NCBI GenBank assembly: GCA_963786955.1
Contig: CAWBAT010000006.1
Coordinates: forward strand, 1,024,001 to 1,088,000
Direction of reading: 5' to 3'
Length of the DNA stretch: 64,000 nt
DNA from: an uncultured Acidimicrobiia bacterium
GTDB lineage: Bacteria > Acidobacteriota > Terriglobia > Versatilivoradales > Versatilivoraceae
Made by a program: the position numbers and the translations under genes. Positions 1 to 9,112 of the stretch are shown in pieces; position 1 is the first letter of the stretch, and every line of letters begins with the position of its first letter. The notes under the pieces are model-generated. The model was not told where the DNA came from, ran no database searches, and saw only the letters and a program-made list of their open reading frames with translations.

Positions 1-537
1 GGGGTTGTCGAAGGCAGCACCAAAAGCATGTGAGACGCTGTAGCCGAGTTCGCCCCCTTCATGGATGGAGCCCGGTGTCTCGGGCGTGCAGTGGCTGCCG
101 ATGCCCCCTGGAAAAGAGAATTCCTTGAAGAACTCAAGCATCCCCTGCTCGTCCTCACCCTTGTTTGGGTAGATCTCGGAATACGCACCCTCCAGATAGA
201 CCGGCGCCAGCACACCTGGTGCTCCGTGGCCAGGGCCGGCCAGAAAGATGGCGTCGAGATCGTACTTATTGATCAGACGATTCAGGTGAATGTAAGTAAA
301 GCTCAAGCCGGGGCTTGCGCCCCAGTGACCCAACAGGCGCTGCTTGATGTGCTCCGGTTTCAAGGGCTCGCGGAGCAGAGGATTGGCGCGCAGATAGATC
401 ATGCCGGCCGCCAGGAAATTGCAAGCCCGCCAGTAAGCATCAATCTTGCGGAGCTCTTCAGAGGACAGCCGGCCTTCGGGGCTTCTGCTAATACCTTTGG
501 CCGTCTTCGCCTTCACATCGGCAGGTACACGTGTCAT
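1..537 (-). CDS. xfp: Xylulose-5-P/fructose-6-P phosphoketolase, N-terminal part (runs off the left edge)
   Basis: Manual translation: MTRVPADV...[46 protein letters not shown]...[40 protein letters not shown]; GGAGG RBS upstream. Not in the ORF track because it is truncated. Confidence 0.95.
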   Translation of the reverse strand, partial: MTRVPADVKAKTAKGISRSPEGRLSSEELRKIDAYWRACNFLAAGMIYLRANPLLREPLKPEHIKQRLLGHWGASPGLSFTYIHLNRLINKYDLDAIFLAGPGHGAPGVLAPVYLEGAYSEIYPNKGEDEQGMLEFFKEFSFPGGIGSHCTPETPGSIHEGGELGYSVSHAFGAAFDNP

Positions 538-1023
538 GAGTCATCCTCCATTTCCAAGTAATTCTTAATTGTTGAGCATTCAGTCAGCGGCAGGTCAGTC
601 CTATCTGTTGACTTCATCGGCTTCAGGGGGCGTGGTTCGTCTCTTCCACGAAGAGAGAGTCAAAATGCATGATTATGCTAGAGATTGTGATTTTTCTTCT
701 CGTCCTGCGCTACATCAATTTTCTCACACCAAGATTAACCAGATATTTCAGTGAAGTGAAAATTCAGTAAACTTTCCGTTAACATACCCACCGGATCTCA
801 ATGGACTCAAATTGCGGCCGACACTCCAGCCGAGACTACATGTCCTTCGCACCCTGTAGGAGCTCGAAATGTAAACATTCCAGTCTGGAGATTGAGGTTC
901 AAATGTGGGAGCCGAACAGCGACCGGCACTTCCGTCCAGTCACGGTCACGGTCTGGGGGTTACCTATTCCGCCAGTGTCACGTTAAAACACAGGGCTGGG
1001 AGCGATTCCTTCATCGCCTACAT

Positions 1024-2109
1024 CTAAACCTTCTTCCACAGAACATTGCTCTTGGAGGTGATCACCGCCATGAGTTTATTCCAGGACTTCAGGAATAATT
1101 TCATTCCTTCGTCCTGGAGTTGAGCACCCAAAACATCAACGTTGATGCCGCGTTTAGCGAACTGGGCAAAAACCTCTTCGCAATCGCCGCCGTCCGCCGG
1201 CATGATTTCGACCGGTTCATTGGAATCAGCAAGAGCCTTTAAAGTGGTCTCTGTCACTGTGTTCACCGTGACGGGTGCGGCAAGAGCCTTGATGTAGAAG
1301 AGATTGGATGCTTGCGAATCCCTGGTTCCCGAGTTGTCCCACAAGAGGCGCTGGGGACGGCCGCCGACGTTGTAAATGCGCTGCCAGCGCGGTGAAGTCA
1401 GCAAGGCACGGCAGGCCTTGTAGGTACGCCGGGCCATGGCAATGCCGAGTTGATTTCCAAGTGCGCTGGGTACCCTGTCTGCGACCGTGGCGTCCCAGCG
1501 GCTGACGAACACCGAAGCCACAGACCCAACATCGGGTTTCAGCCCGGCAGCGATGCGCCGCTCGATGCCGCGCAAGTAGGCGTCGGCAGCCGCCAGATAG
1601 TGCTCGCGTGAGAACAAGAGGGTCACGTTCACAGGGACTCCGGCAAAAATCGCCTCCTCAACAGCCGGCAAGCCTTCTGAGGTTCCTGGGATTTGAATTA
1701 AGATGTTGGGACGTTTTCCCCGGGCATACAAATTCTTGGCCGCGGCCAGGATGCCTGCTGTGTTTTGGGCGAGCAGAGGCGACAGCTTCAACGACACCCA
1801 ACCATCCACACCATTCGTTCGGTCGTAAATGGGCCTGAACAGGTCCGCGGCCTGGATCAGGTACTCTAGTGCCAGCTCAAAGAACAATTCCTCTGCCACT
1901 CTTCCTTTTTTGAGCTTCTTTACGATGGCCTCATCGTAGGTGCCATCATTCTTGATGACAGGAATGAAGTTCGTCGGGTCTGAAGTGAGGCCCGTTAAGA
2001 ACAATTTACTAATGTAACTCTTTAGCGCACCACTCTTCATCAAGTCTGGCGTGGCGTTGTGAAGCCACAGACTCTGCCCTAAATTGTGGAGCGTTTCAGT
2101 TGTTTTCAT
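1024..2109 (-). CDS. tal: Transaldolase-family protein with substituted catalytic residues
   Basis: LGQSLWL, DGWVSL, VNVTLLFS, VASVFVSRWD and QRLLW motifs; the Schiff-base motif reads LIQIPGT instead of xIKIPGT. Confidence 0.85.
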   Translation of the reverse strand: MKTTETLHNLGQSLWLHNATPDLMKSGALKSYISKLFLTGLTSDPTNFIPVIKNDGTYDEAIVKKLKKGRVAEELFFELALEYLIQAADLFRPIYDRTNGVDGWVSLKLSPLLAQNTAGILAAAKNLYARGKRPNILIQIPGTSEGLPAVEEAIFAGVPVNVTLLFSREHYLAAADAYLRGIERRIAAGLKPDVGSVASVFVSRWDATVADRVPSALGNQLGIAMARRTYKACRALLTSPRWQRIYNVGGRPQRLLWDNSGTRDSQASNLFYIKALAAPVTVNTVTETTLKALADSNEPVEIMPADGGDCEEVFAQFAKRGINVDVLGAQLQDEGMKLFLKSWNKLMAVITSKSNVLWKKV

Positions 2110-2233
2110 AGAGTCATCTCAGTTCAAAGGTGCTTTTTCCAGCGGGACGAGGGCATCCCGGCTCCAGTTGGAGACGCCGCGCCCTCGCGGCGTATTCTTG
2201 CGGGAAGAGGTTTCCCCTTCTCCAGGCGATAGC

Positions 2234-3265
2234 TTAGTTCTTGTTAGACGAGACATCTGAAGACCATTGGTCGTCGGTGCGAATCCAGGTCTTGTCCGGG
2301 TTGTAAAGCTCCATGCTCTTGACGATGTTGAGCGAGTCAGGTCCCAAGTCTTTCTGATAAACGATGCCGTCATTGCTCACCAAAAAGGTCTTGACCCCTG
2401 TCACACGGTATTCAGCCGGAACGGCAACCAGAGCAAATCCGCCGATCATGATTCCTTTGATCACATAATCGAGCTGGCCGAGTGGCGCCGCCGGACCTTG
2501 CCCTTTCAATACCTTAAAATAGTAACCGTGGTAGCCAGACCGTACGCTTGTGGAATAGCCCTCCTCGATTGCCTTCGCAACCAGCTCGCTGATGGGCCCA
2601 CCGGCTGTGCCGTCTGCGTTTTGCCAGTACAAACCGTCCCGTTTTCCGGGAGTGCTGATGACCTTTTGGGCGTATTGGTGGACCCCCGAATTGTCATGTA
2701 TTTCCGAGGCATAATCTTGTTGTGCCTCCACGAAGCCATGACAGATTTGGATTGCATCCAGCTCGTTAGTTCCGATTCGCCTGAAGAGGATTTCGTCGCG
2801 GCCTTCCTTTGAATTGAAATACCACTTGCCCCCTTTTTTAACGATTGGAACCGGAAAAGGCCAATCCTCCTTGCCTATCACAAGGATAGCTCGGGCTGGG
2901 TTCTTCGGGTCTACGCTGACCGTATTCTTTTCGTGCGCCTTGGCAGCAAATGCTTCGGCATAGTTTTTATCCTGGACCGGGTCGGCAGAGGACACAAAAT
3001 CTTCTCCCTCTGGACCGAATATTGCCAATAAGACCGGTTTATTATAAGGATCTGCTGCCTGAATCAACGCCTCCACCGCTTGTTGCGGCGTATCGAAAGC
3101 TTTTTGTGCGGGTTGTGATGGCACAGGGGCATTCTCTTTCGACTGCGCCCATGCGTGAGAAACGCTGGCCAAAGCGCAGGAAAGGACCGCAATTCCAATG
3201 GAGGGGAGAGCACGCTGCGCAATAATCTTCCATGTCTTTAATCTCATGTCATTATCCTCAGTCAT
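2234..3265 (-). CDS. DUF2950 family exported protein
   Basis: Signal peptide; WPFPVPIVK, RRIGTNELDAI, YHGYYFKVL, YQKDLG; directly follows DUF3300. Confidence 0.85.
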   Translation of the reverse strand: MTEDNDMRLKTWKIIAQRALPSIGIAVLSCALASVSHAWAQSKENAPVPSQPAQKAFDTPQQAVEALIQAADPYNKPVLLAIFGPEGEDFVSSADPVQDKNYAEAFAAKAHEKNTVSVDPKNPARAILVIGKEDWPFPVPIVKKGGKWYFNSKEGRDEILFRRIGTNELDAIQICHGFVEAQQDYASEIHDNSGVHQYAQKVISTPGKRDGLYWQNADGTAGGPISELVAKAIEEGYSTSVRSGYHGYYFKVLKGQGPAAPLGQLDYVIKGIMIGGFALVAVPAEYRVTGVKTFLVSNDGIVYQKDLGPDSLNIVKSMELYNPDKTWIRTDDQWSSDVSSNKN

Positions 3266-3273
3266 GGTTTGGT

Positions 3274-4686
3274 TTACCTCCTTCTCCCGCCGCCGCCACC
3301 TCTCCCGCCGCCACCCCCGCCGCCTCGGGAGCCTCCCATACTGGAAGAACCTCGCTGGCTGCTGCTGCGAGCGGCACTTCCGCTCACACCACTCGAAGCG
3401 CCACTGAAGGCGCTACGATTTGTGGAGCTTGGTGATCTTGGAACATCTCGATTGCCGACGCGGTCTCCGCCTCCGCCAGAAGCAGTTCTGCCGCCACCGC
3501 GGTCCATCGAACCAGCCTGCTGCCTGCCGCCTCCACCGCCGCGATCCATGGTACCAGCCTGAGCCCCACCACCCGCTCTTGCCTGTTGCTGGCGCGCACT
3601 GGCCTGTCGGTTGGCCATGGAGTCTCCTCGCGTCGTTCCCCCAAATTTATTGGCCGTCGCTCTGTCTCCGTACGGAGCGCCACCGCGGTGCTGCGGGTTA
3701 TGTTGCCATTGGTTACCACCGCCGCGGTTGCCCTGGGGATTGACTCGGTTGCCGCCATTGATGTTGGTGTTACGGTTGAAATTGTTGTTCCTGTTGACGG
3801 TGATGTCATTGTGCCCCCAACCGCAGCCCCAGCCGCCGCCCCAGGCGGCCCCTATCGCCAATCCAACTCCGAAAGAGATCGCCATGCCTGCGGCGTAATA
3901 CCCGTAAGGCGGATAATAAATTGGAGGATAAGGATAGATGGCCGCGCCATAGACTACTGTGGGGTTGTAACTGGGAACATAAATGACTTCCGGATTGGCC
4001 TGCTCGATGACGATCACCTGCTTATTTTCGACGACCTTGGTCTCCACCTTTTGTTGCTCGGTGGATTTCAGGTTCCCCGTGCCCTCGGCCTTCTTGCGCA
4101 TGCGTTGCACAGCCTCCATCACATCACTCTGTTGCGCCAGAACTGCATTTCCCAGGTCGGCGGTCCATTGAATGTCATCCGCAAGTCGTTTCACCACGTC
4201 TGGCAGCGCCGCCATGGCTTGGACGCTCGGGTCCCAATTCTGCTTCTGCACTGCATCCACCAGCGCCTTGTCTTTCAGGTTCTTGTTCTTTGCCAGCCAC
4301 TGTTGAAGCTGGACGATTTCCAGAGGATAAGTGGACGCCGCAAGTACCTGGGCCAACAGCGGATCTGGATAGAGCGCGATGGGCGCAACCAGGGAATCCA
4401 ATTGATCGTTGGAGAGCTTCGCGGCTCCTTCGGTTGCAGCCGGTTGTTGTTGGACCTGCTGTGCCAAAATGATCAACTCGCCAGGCACTAGCAGCACAGC
4501 ACAGAGCAAGGCAACCAGGACACGAAAAGTCCCAGTCGGAATTCGAAATGGGGACCCTTCAGCATACCTGGCTTTTGCCCCCGTTCGTCCGCCAGTTGGG
4601 CATTTCAGAATGAACATCTCGCACCGGCCTCTCGATGAGCGGTTCATTGGCATGGAATAGACGGCAGGCTCTACGCTTGTTGCCAC
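3274..4686 (-). CDS. DUF3300 domain protein with Gly/Arg/Asn-rich C-terminal tail
   Basis: QLDSLVAPIALYPDPLLAQVLAASTYP, WDPSV, IYVPSYNPTVVYG; AAAGGAG RBS before GTG. Confidence 0.85.
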   Translation of the reverse strand: MATSVEPAVYSMPMNRSSRGRCEMFILKCPTGGRTGAKARYAEGSPFRIPTGTFRVLVALLCAVLLVPGELIILAQQVQQQPAATEGAAKLSNDQLDSLVAPIALYPDPLLAQVLAASTYPLEIVQLQQWLAKNKNLKDKALVDAVQKQNWDPSVQAMAALPDVVKRLADDIQWTADLGNAVLAQQSDVMEAVQRMRKKAEGTGNLKSTEQQKVETKVVENKQVIVIEQANPEVIYVPSYNPTVVYGAAIYPYPPIYYPPYGYYAAGMAISFGVGLAIGAAWGGGWGCGWGHNDITVNRNNNFNRNTNINGGNRVNPQGNRGGGNQWQHNPQHRGGAPYGDRATANKFGGTTRGDSMANRQASARQQQARAGGGAQAGTMDRGGGGGRQQAGSMDRGGGRTASGGGGDRVGNRDVPRSPSSTNRSAFSGASSGVSGSAARSSSQRGSSSMGGSRGGGGGGGRGGGGGRRR

Positions 4687-4913
4687 GTCTTTGCTCCTTT
4701 CATTTCCTCAACTTCGTAGTCAGTCCATCCAATTTGAAAGGCCTCATAGAGAACAAGTAACCTAATAAGGCAGTTTCAAGTGGTGGCCGAGTGGAAAACC
4801 ATCATCACAGAATCATTGAGGAAGATTCTTAAGTCAGCCATTGTCAATGAATCCGCGAGGCCCTCTCTTCCAATAGGAAAAAACCACGCCAGGTTCAAAG
4901 GACATTGTGCTTA

Positions 4914-5280
4914 TCAGTGGCGATGGCGGCGTTTGACCTTCAACTGTGCCAGCGAACGAGTTAAACTGGCATTGATGGAAGCCACTTCTTCGGCAGAAAT
5001 CTTTTCGCGCAGTCGGGCTTCGGCACGTCGACGCGCTTCTTCGACCTTTGCTTCGTCGATCCTTTCGGCGCAATCGCCATATCCGTAAGGATAGCTACCC
5101 GGTCTCCTGTGATTTCGACAAGCTCCTCGCCCACAGCGAAAAAATCATCGTGACCGTTTTTGCGAATAATGATCTCGCCTGGCACCATCGGTGTCATCAA
5201 CCGGATGTACTCTGGCAGAATCCCCCATCTGGCCCTCCAGGGCACGGCAGATGAAATGATACTTCAGTTCCAATTGAACT
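4914..5280 (-). pseudogene. atpC: Degenerate second copy of ATP synthase epsilon subunit
   Basis: Fragments GILPEYIRLMTPMVPGEIIIRKNGHDDFFAVG...ILTDMAIA and IDEAKVEEARRRAEARLREKISAEEVASINASLTRSLAQLKVKRR; no intact N-terminus; frameshifted; 5' boundary approximate. Confidence 0.85.
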
Positions 5281-5369
5281 GAGAACCAAAATATCAGTCG
5301 AGCTTGCTCGCTTGACAAAAGCCCCCGAGATTGCTTGCGGGTCAGAAATCTCAATCCCCGAACAAAACA

Positions 5370-5500
5370 CTAAGGGGGGAGAGGGAGCTATCCACTCCCC
5401 TGTGGCCCCCCCTTGTGCAAGGGGAGCAAATCCTACCTTGTCCCCCATTGCACACAGGGGGGGGACTTTAGGGGGGTCCACCTTCGGGAGGAGGGTCCCA
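5370..5500. repeat. REP-like palindromic cluster (CCCCCTT..AAGGGGG family)
   Basis: ccccccttgtgcaagggg / cccccattgcacacagggggggg hairpins; related motifs near 54180, 58700 and 63500. Confidence 0.55.
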
Positions 5501-5630
5501 GCAGGCGCTGGTTGTGGTGAACGCCACCGCCGCGAGGAGCGCGGTGACAAAGAGGTTTTGGCAGCGGTTGTTCTTCGTTGTCTTCTCCTATCAGTGAGTG
5601 TTGGGAAAAAATGATTCTCTTGACGACGCT

Positions 5631-6095
5631 TTATTTATTCATTGGCGCCGCAGAGCGCGGTTCTAACCCGGTTTTTCTTTGTATTTCTTTGCTGATCCAT
5701 CGGCTGACGAACGCGAAGAAAAGACCGGTCGAGAGCCCGCACATGAGAATACCGGTCAGTGCCTCAATCGGCGCGAACATCCGCCACGGCTTGGGCAACA
5801 CGAGATCGCCGTAGCCAACGGTCGTGTAGGTGACTCCGGAAAAATAGAATGCGGTCTCGGCATCGGGCAGACAGCCCTGCCAGAAATAAAATAGCCCCCA
5901 GATAGAAATCTCGACCAAGTGGATCAGAATCAGCCAGCTCGTCAAGCCGATCACCCACCGGGTGACGGGGCGGAAGCCCGACGTGGCCAGGGTGTGCGAC
6001 CGCATCATAGCCCGGAGCAGCCTGGCAAATCCGACGGCATGTATGACCACCGTGATAGCCACCAGCAAACAGGCGCTGAGAATTTTTATGAGCAT
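5631..6095 (-). CDS. Small potassium channel (Ion_trans_2) protein
   Basis: YFSGVTYTTVGYGD selectivity filter flanked by TM helices. Confidence 0.9.
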   Translation of the reverse strand: MLIKILSACLLVAITVVIHAVGFARLLRAMMRSHTLATSGFRPVTRWVIGLTSWLILIHLVEISIWGLFYFWQGCLPDAETAFYFSGVTYTTVGYGDLVLPKPWRMFAPIEALTGILMCGLSTGLFFAFVSRWISKEIQRKTGLEPRSAAPMNK

Positions 6096-6368
6096 TGTCG
6101 GTGATCTTGCATTCGTTATTTGCTCCGCCCCGGACCGGCGGAATTTCCTTCAGGCTCTCCAGGTATCCGGGAACGAACGCCGGAGATCTCGGTTTAACCC
6201 AACACCCCCGGGATGCCGAAGGCGACCAGCGTGATAACAGCAGTGATTTCAGCTGGGATCTAAGCGGCCGTGATCGGCAGCACCCCCTGCCGGATGGGCA
6301 AGCGAAAGGGCGCGGGGCAATCGTGTGTTCATTTCAAAGTTGTACCATTCTTAAGTTGATAGGTTTGT

Positions 6369-7754
6369 TCACTCCATGACGGCTTCCACGCGTCCTGAAC
6401 GCACCGCCTCCTTGAAAATTGCATGGTCGCGTTCGGTTTGATCGGCGTAGGCCTTGGCGAACGCCGCGATGGCGGTGTCGAAGGCGTCGCTTTTGCCAAG
6501 GTATCCGCTAATGGGTGCTGCCCCGCCGGAGCGCGCATGCGCCCGCGCCAGCGTCCATCCGCAAAAATCGGCATACCTGATCATCTCGCCTGAACTAAAC
6601 TGCTCGACCGGAGCCCCCATCTTCATGTCCCGGAGCTGGCGAACGTAGAAATGCCGGTCGAGCCTGGTCTTCCCCCAGCCAAGTAAGATGTCACTCGCCG
6701 ATTGCATCAGGCGGCATCCGTTCACGACCCGCTGCCCATGATTCGGGTAGATGCTCCTACCGGCATACGCCTCCAGCACCGACGGACGCGCCTCTTTAAT
6801 CTGGAGAAACAGGTGATCCTTTTTGCCAGCCATCATGAGCGCCACCGAGCACCAGGTGCCGACGCTACCGACCCCGACCACCTTGCACGCGATATCCGTG
6901 AGCTCAAACCGATCGATGAGCGCACGCCGGTCTTCCGGCAGTGATTTCCGATAGCCGGCGAAAGCCTCGCGGCTGACCTCGAGCGAGTCTTCACCTTCTT
7001 CCTGCACGTGGTAGATCAGCGGCGGGTTGTCCTTGATGGTTGGCGATTGACCGGAGCGGGCCACGATTTCGGGAAAATGGTGTTCCGACATGCTCTTGGC
7101 ACGGTCAGTGGCAAACCGTTTCAGTTTCCGCCGGCGAGTCTCCGCATCATTGATCCCTAAGAGCAACCTTTCGACGTCGATGCTGGCATACCAGATTTCC
7201 AGCACCGTCATTTGGCTGTATTCCTCCAGGTGTTCCCGATAGGCCCGCATACAGGACAGCACAGCATCCTGGGCATCACTGCGGCGGAGACCGTTCTCGC
7301 GACACGCCAGAACAAAGCTGGCCGCGAGCCGCTTGACATCCCATTCCCAAGGGGCGGGAAGCGTTTCATCCAGATCATTGATGTCGAAAACGATTCTTCG
7401 TTCCGGTGTGGCATAGGCCCCGAAGTTGTGCAGATGGCAGTCGCCGCACGCCTGCACACGCAGGCCCGTTGCCGGCGACCCCGCCAGGTCCACCGCCATG
7501 TGGAGTGCCGCTCCCCGGTAGAAGGTGAACGGCGTCCGGACCATGCGTCCACTGCGAATGGGAATCAGTCTAGCGATGCGTCCCTGGTTTGATCCCTCCA
7601 GCAACTGCAACGGATCCGGGCGGTTGTCAGCCGCTTTCCAGAACGCATGGGAACTGCGCGGGCACTTTTCTCGGAGACTCCTGCCCATGGCACGGAGTTC
7701 AGCCAACGAAGGCCGCGACTCGGAGCCAAGATGTTGTCTGCGGAAGGTCTTCAT
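6369..7754 (-). CDS. DUF2252 family protein (kinase-like)
   Basis: PFTFYRGAA, CGDCHLHNFG, FDINDLDET, PWEWDVKRL, KVVGVGSVGT, YVRQLRDMK. Confidence 0.88.
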   Translation of the reverse strand: MKTFRRQHLGSESRPSLAELRAMGRSLREKCPRSSHAFWKAADNRPDPLQLLEGSNQGRIARLIPIRSGRMVRTPFTFYRGAALHMAVDLAGSPATGLRVQACGDCHLHNFGAYATPERRIVFDINDLDETLPAPWEWDVKRLAASFVLACRENGLRRSDAQDAVLSCMRAYREHLEEYSQMTVLEIWYASIDVERLLLGINDAETRRRKLKRFATDRAKSMSEHHFPEIVARSGQSPTIKDNPPLIYHVQEEGEDSLEVSREAFAGYRKSLPEDRRALIDRFELTDIACKVVGVGSVGTWCSVALMMAGKKDHLFLQIKEARPSVLEAYAGRSIYPNHGQRVVNGCRLMQSASDILLGWGKTRLDRHFYVRQLRDMKMGAPVEQFSSGEMIRYADFCGWTLARAHARSGGAAPISGYLGKSDAFDTAIAAFAKAYADQTERDHAIFKEAVRSGRVEAVME

Positions 7755-7779
7755 GGTTTTATCCTTTCGGCGGCTGTGG

Positions 7780-8687
7780 CTATTCCTTTTTTAGCAGCTC
7801 CTGCTTGGCCGCGGCGAGTTCCTTGAGCTTGTCCGGGCCAACTTCTGGATAGGCGAGATTCAACGAGGCCAGAGTGTCGATCACCGCGGCAGCAACGACA
7901 ACGCGCGTGAACCACTTGTTGTCCGCAGGCACGACGTACCACGGCGCGTTCTTGGTGGCAGTCTGGCGGATCATGTCCTCGTAGGCCTCCTGGTATTCGT
8001 CCCAGAACCCGCGCTCCTTCATGTCGGCGGAGGAGAACTTCCAGTTCTTCTCCGGGGTCTCCAGCCGTTCGAGGAACCGCCGCTTTTGCTCCTTCTTCGA
8101 GACGTGCAGGAAGAACTTGCAGATGACGACACCGTTGTTGGTGAGGTAACGCTCGAAGCTGCGGATGTCATGGAAGCGCTCTTGCCAGATGTTCTTGCCG
8201 ACCAGTTCGGGCGGGAGCTTCTGTTTCGCCAGATACTCCGGATGCACGCGGACCACCAGCGTCTCCTCGTAGTAGCTGCGGTTGAAGATGCCGATGTGGC
8301 CGCGGTTGGGCAGGCACCTTCATGCAGCGCCAGAGATAATCGTGGTCGAGATCCTCGGCCGAGGGCGATTTGAAGGAGGTGACCTGGCAGCCCTGCGGGT
8401 TGACGCCGGACATGACATGCTTGATGGCGCCATCCTTGCCCGCGGCGTCCATCGCCTGGAAAATCAGGAGCACCGCCCATTTGTCCTGCGCGTAGAGCTT
8501 GTCCTGCAGTTCGCAGAGCACTTCGACTGCCCATGGCCAGCGCTTCCTTGGCGCGCGGCTTGTCCTCGGCCTTGAGGTCGAGCGTCTCCCCGGGATCAAT
8601 GTCTTTGAGCCGAAATTTGTCGCCATTGGTAATGCGGAACGGTTCGACGAGTTCGCTGGCCTTCTTGATGAGTTCTTTGGTTTTCAT
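7780..8687 (-). CDS. ppk2: Polyphosphate kinase 2 family (class III-like), 2 apparent frameshifts
   Basis: Three overlapping frames: MKTKELIKK.., [33 protein letters not shown], ..[24 protein letters not shown]. Confidence 0.88.
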
Positions 8688-9112
8688 GGTTTGCCTTTCT
8701 ATGTTGAATTCCTGTTTTAGTTTTTTCCTTATTGCTTGGTATGGTCTTCCGCTAACCGCCTTGAGTTATGGACATGGAGCGGTTTAATTCAGTCACCTAA
8801 GGGCATTTGTTTTTAATGACCCTGCAGATTCGCGGTTCAGTTGCTTGCTCTAGCGTTTCAGATCCCATTCCTTGAGTTTCTTCGCCGCCGTGCCAACGGA
8901 CCGAGCTGATAGACAGCTGCGGCAGCGGGCGAAAAGGTGAACGACGCAAATGGCTCGGCGAGCATCTGGTCGGGGTACTCTTTCGGGGCGGTGCCCGTTT
9001 TGACGTGCCGAGATTGTCCGGAGTGTTTGGCATAGTTTTTTTGTCGCTTTTATTCAATTGACTCCGTTGACGGTCCCGCCCAGTGGCACGACGGTCATGC
9101 GTCGTGATCAAC

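Noticed and set aside
61-561. 166-aa + strand ORF
   Set aside because: Antisense shadow of the phosphoketolase gene
8797-9111. 104-aa ORF between SulP and ppk2
   Set aside because: Low-complexity, atypical composition, no homology recognised
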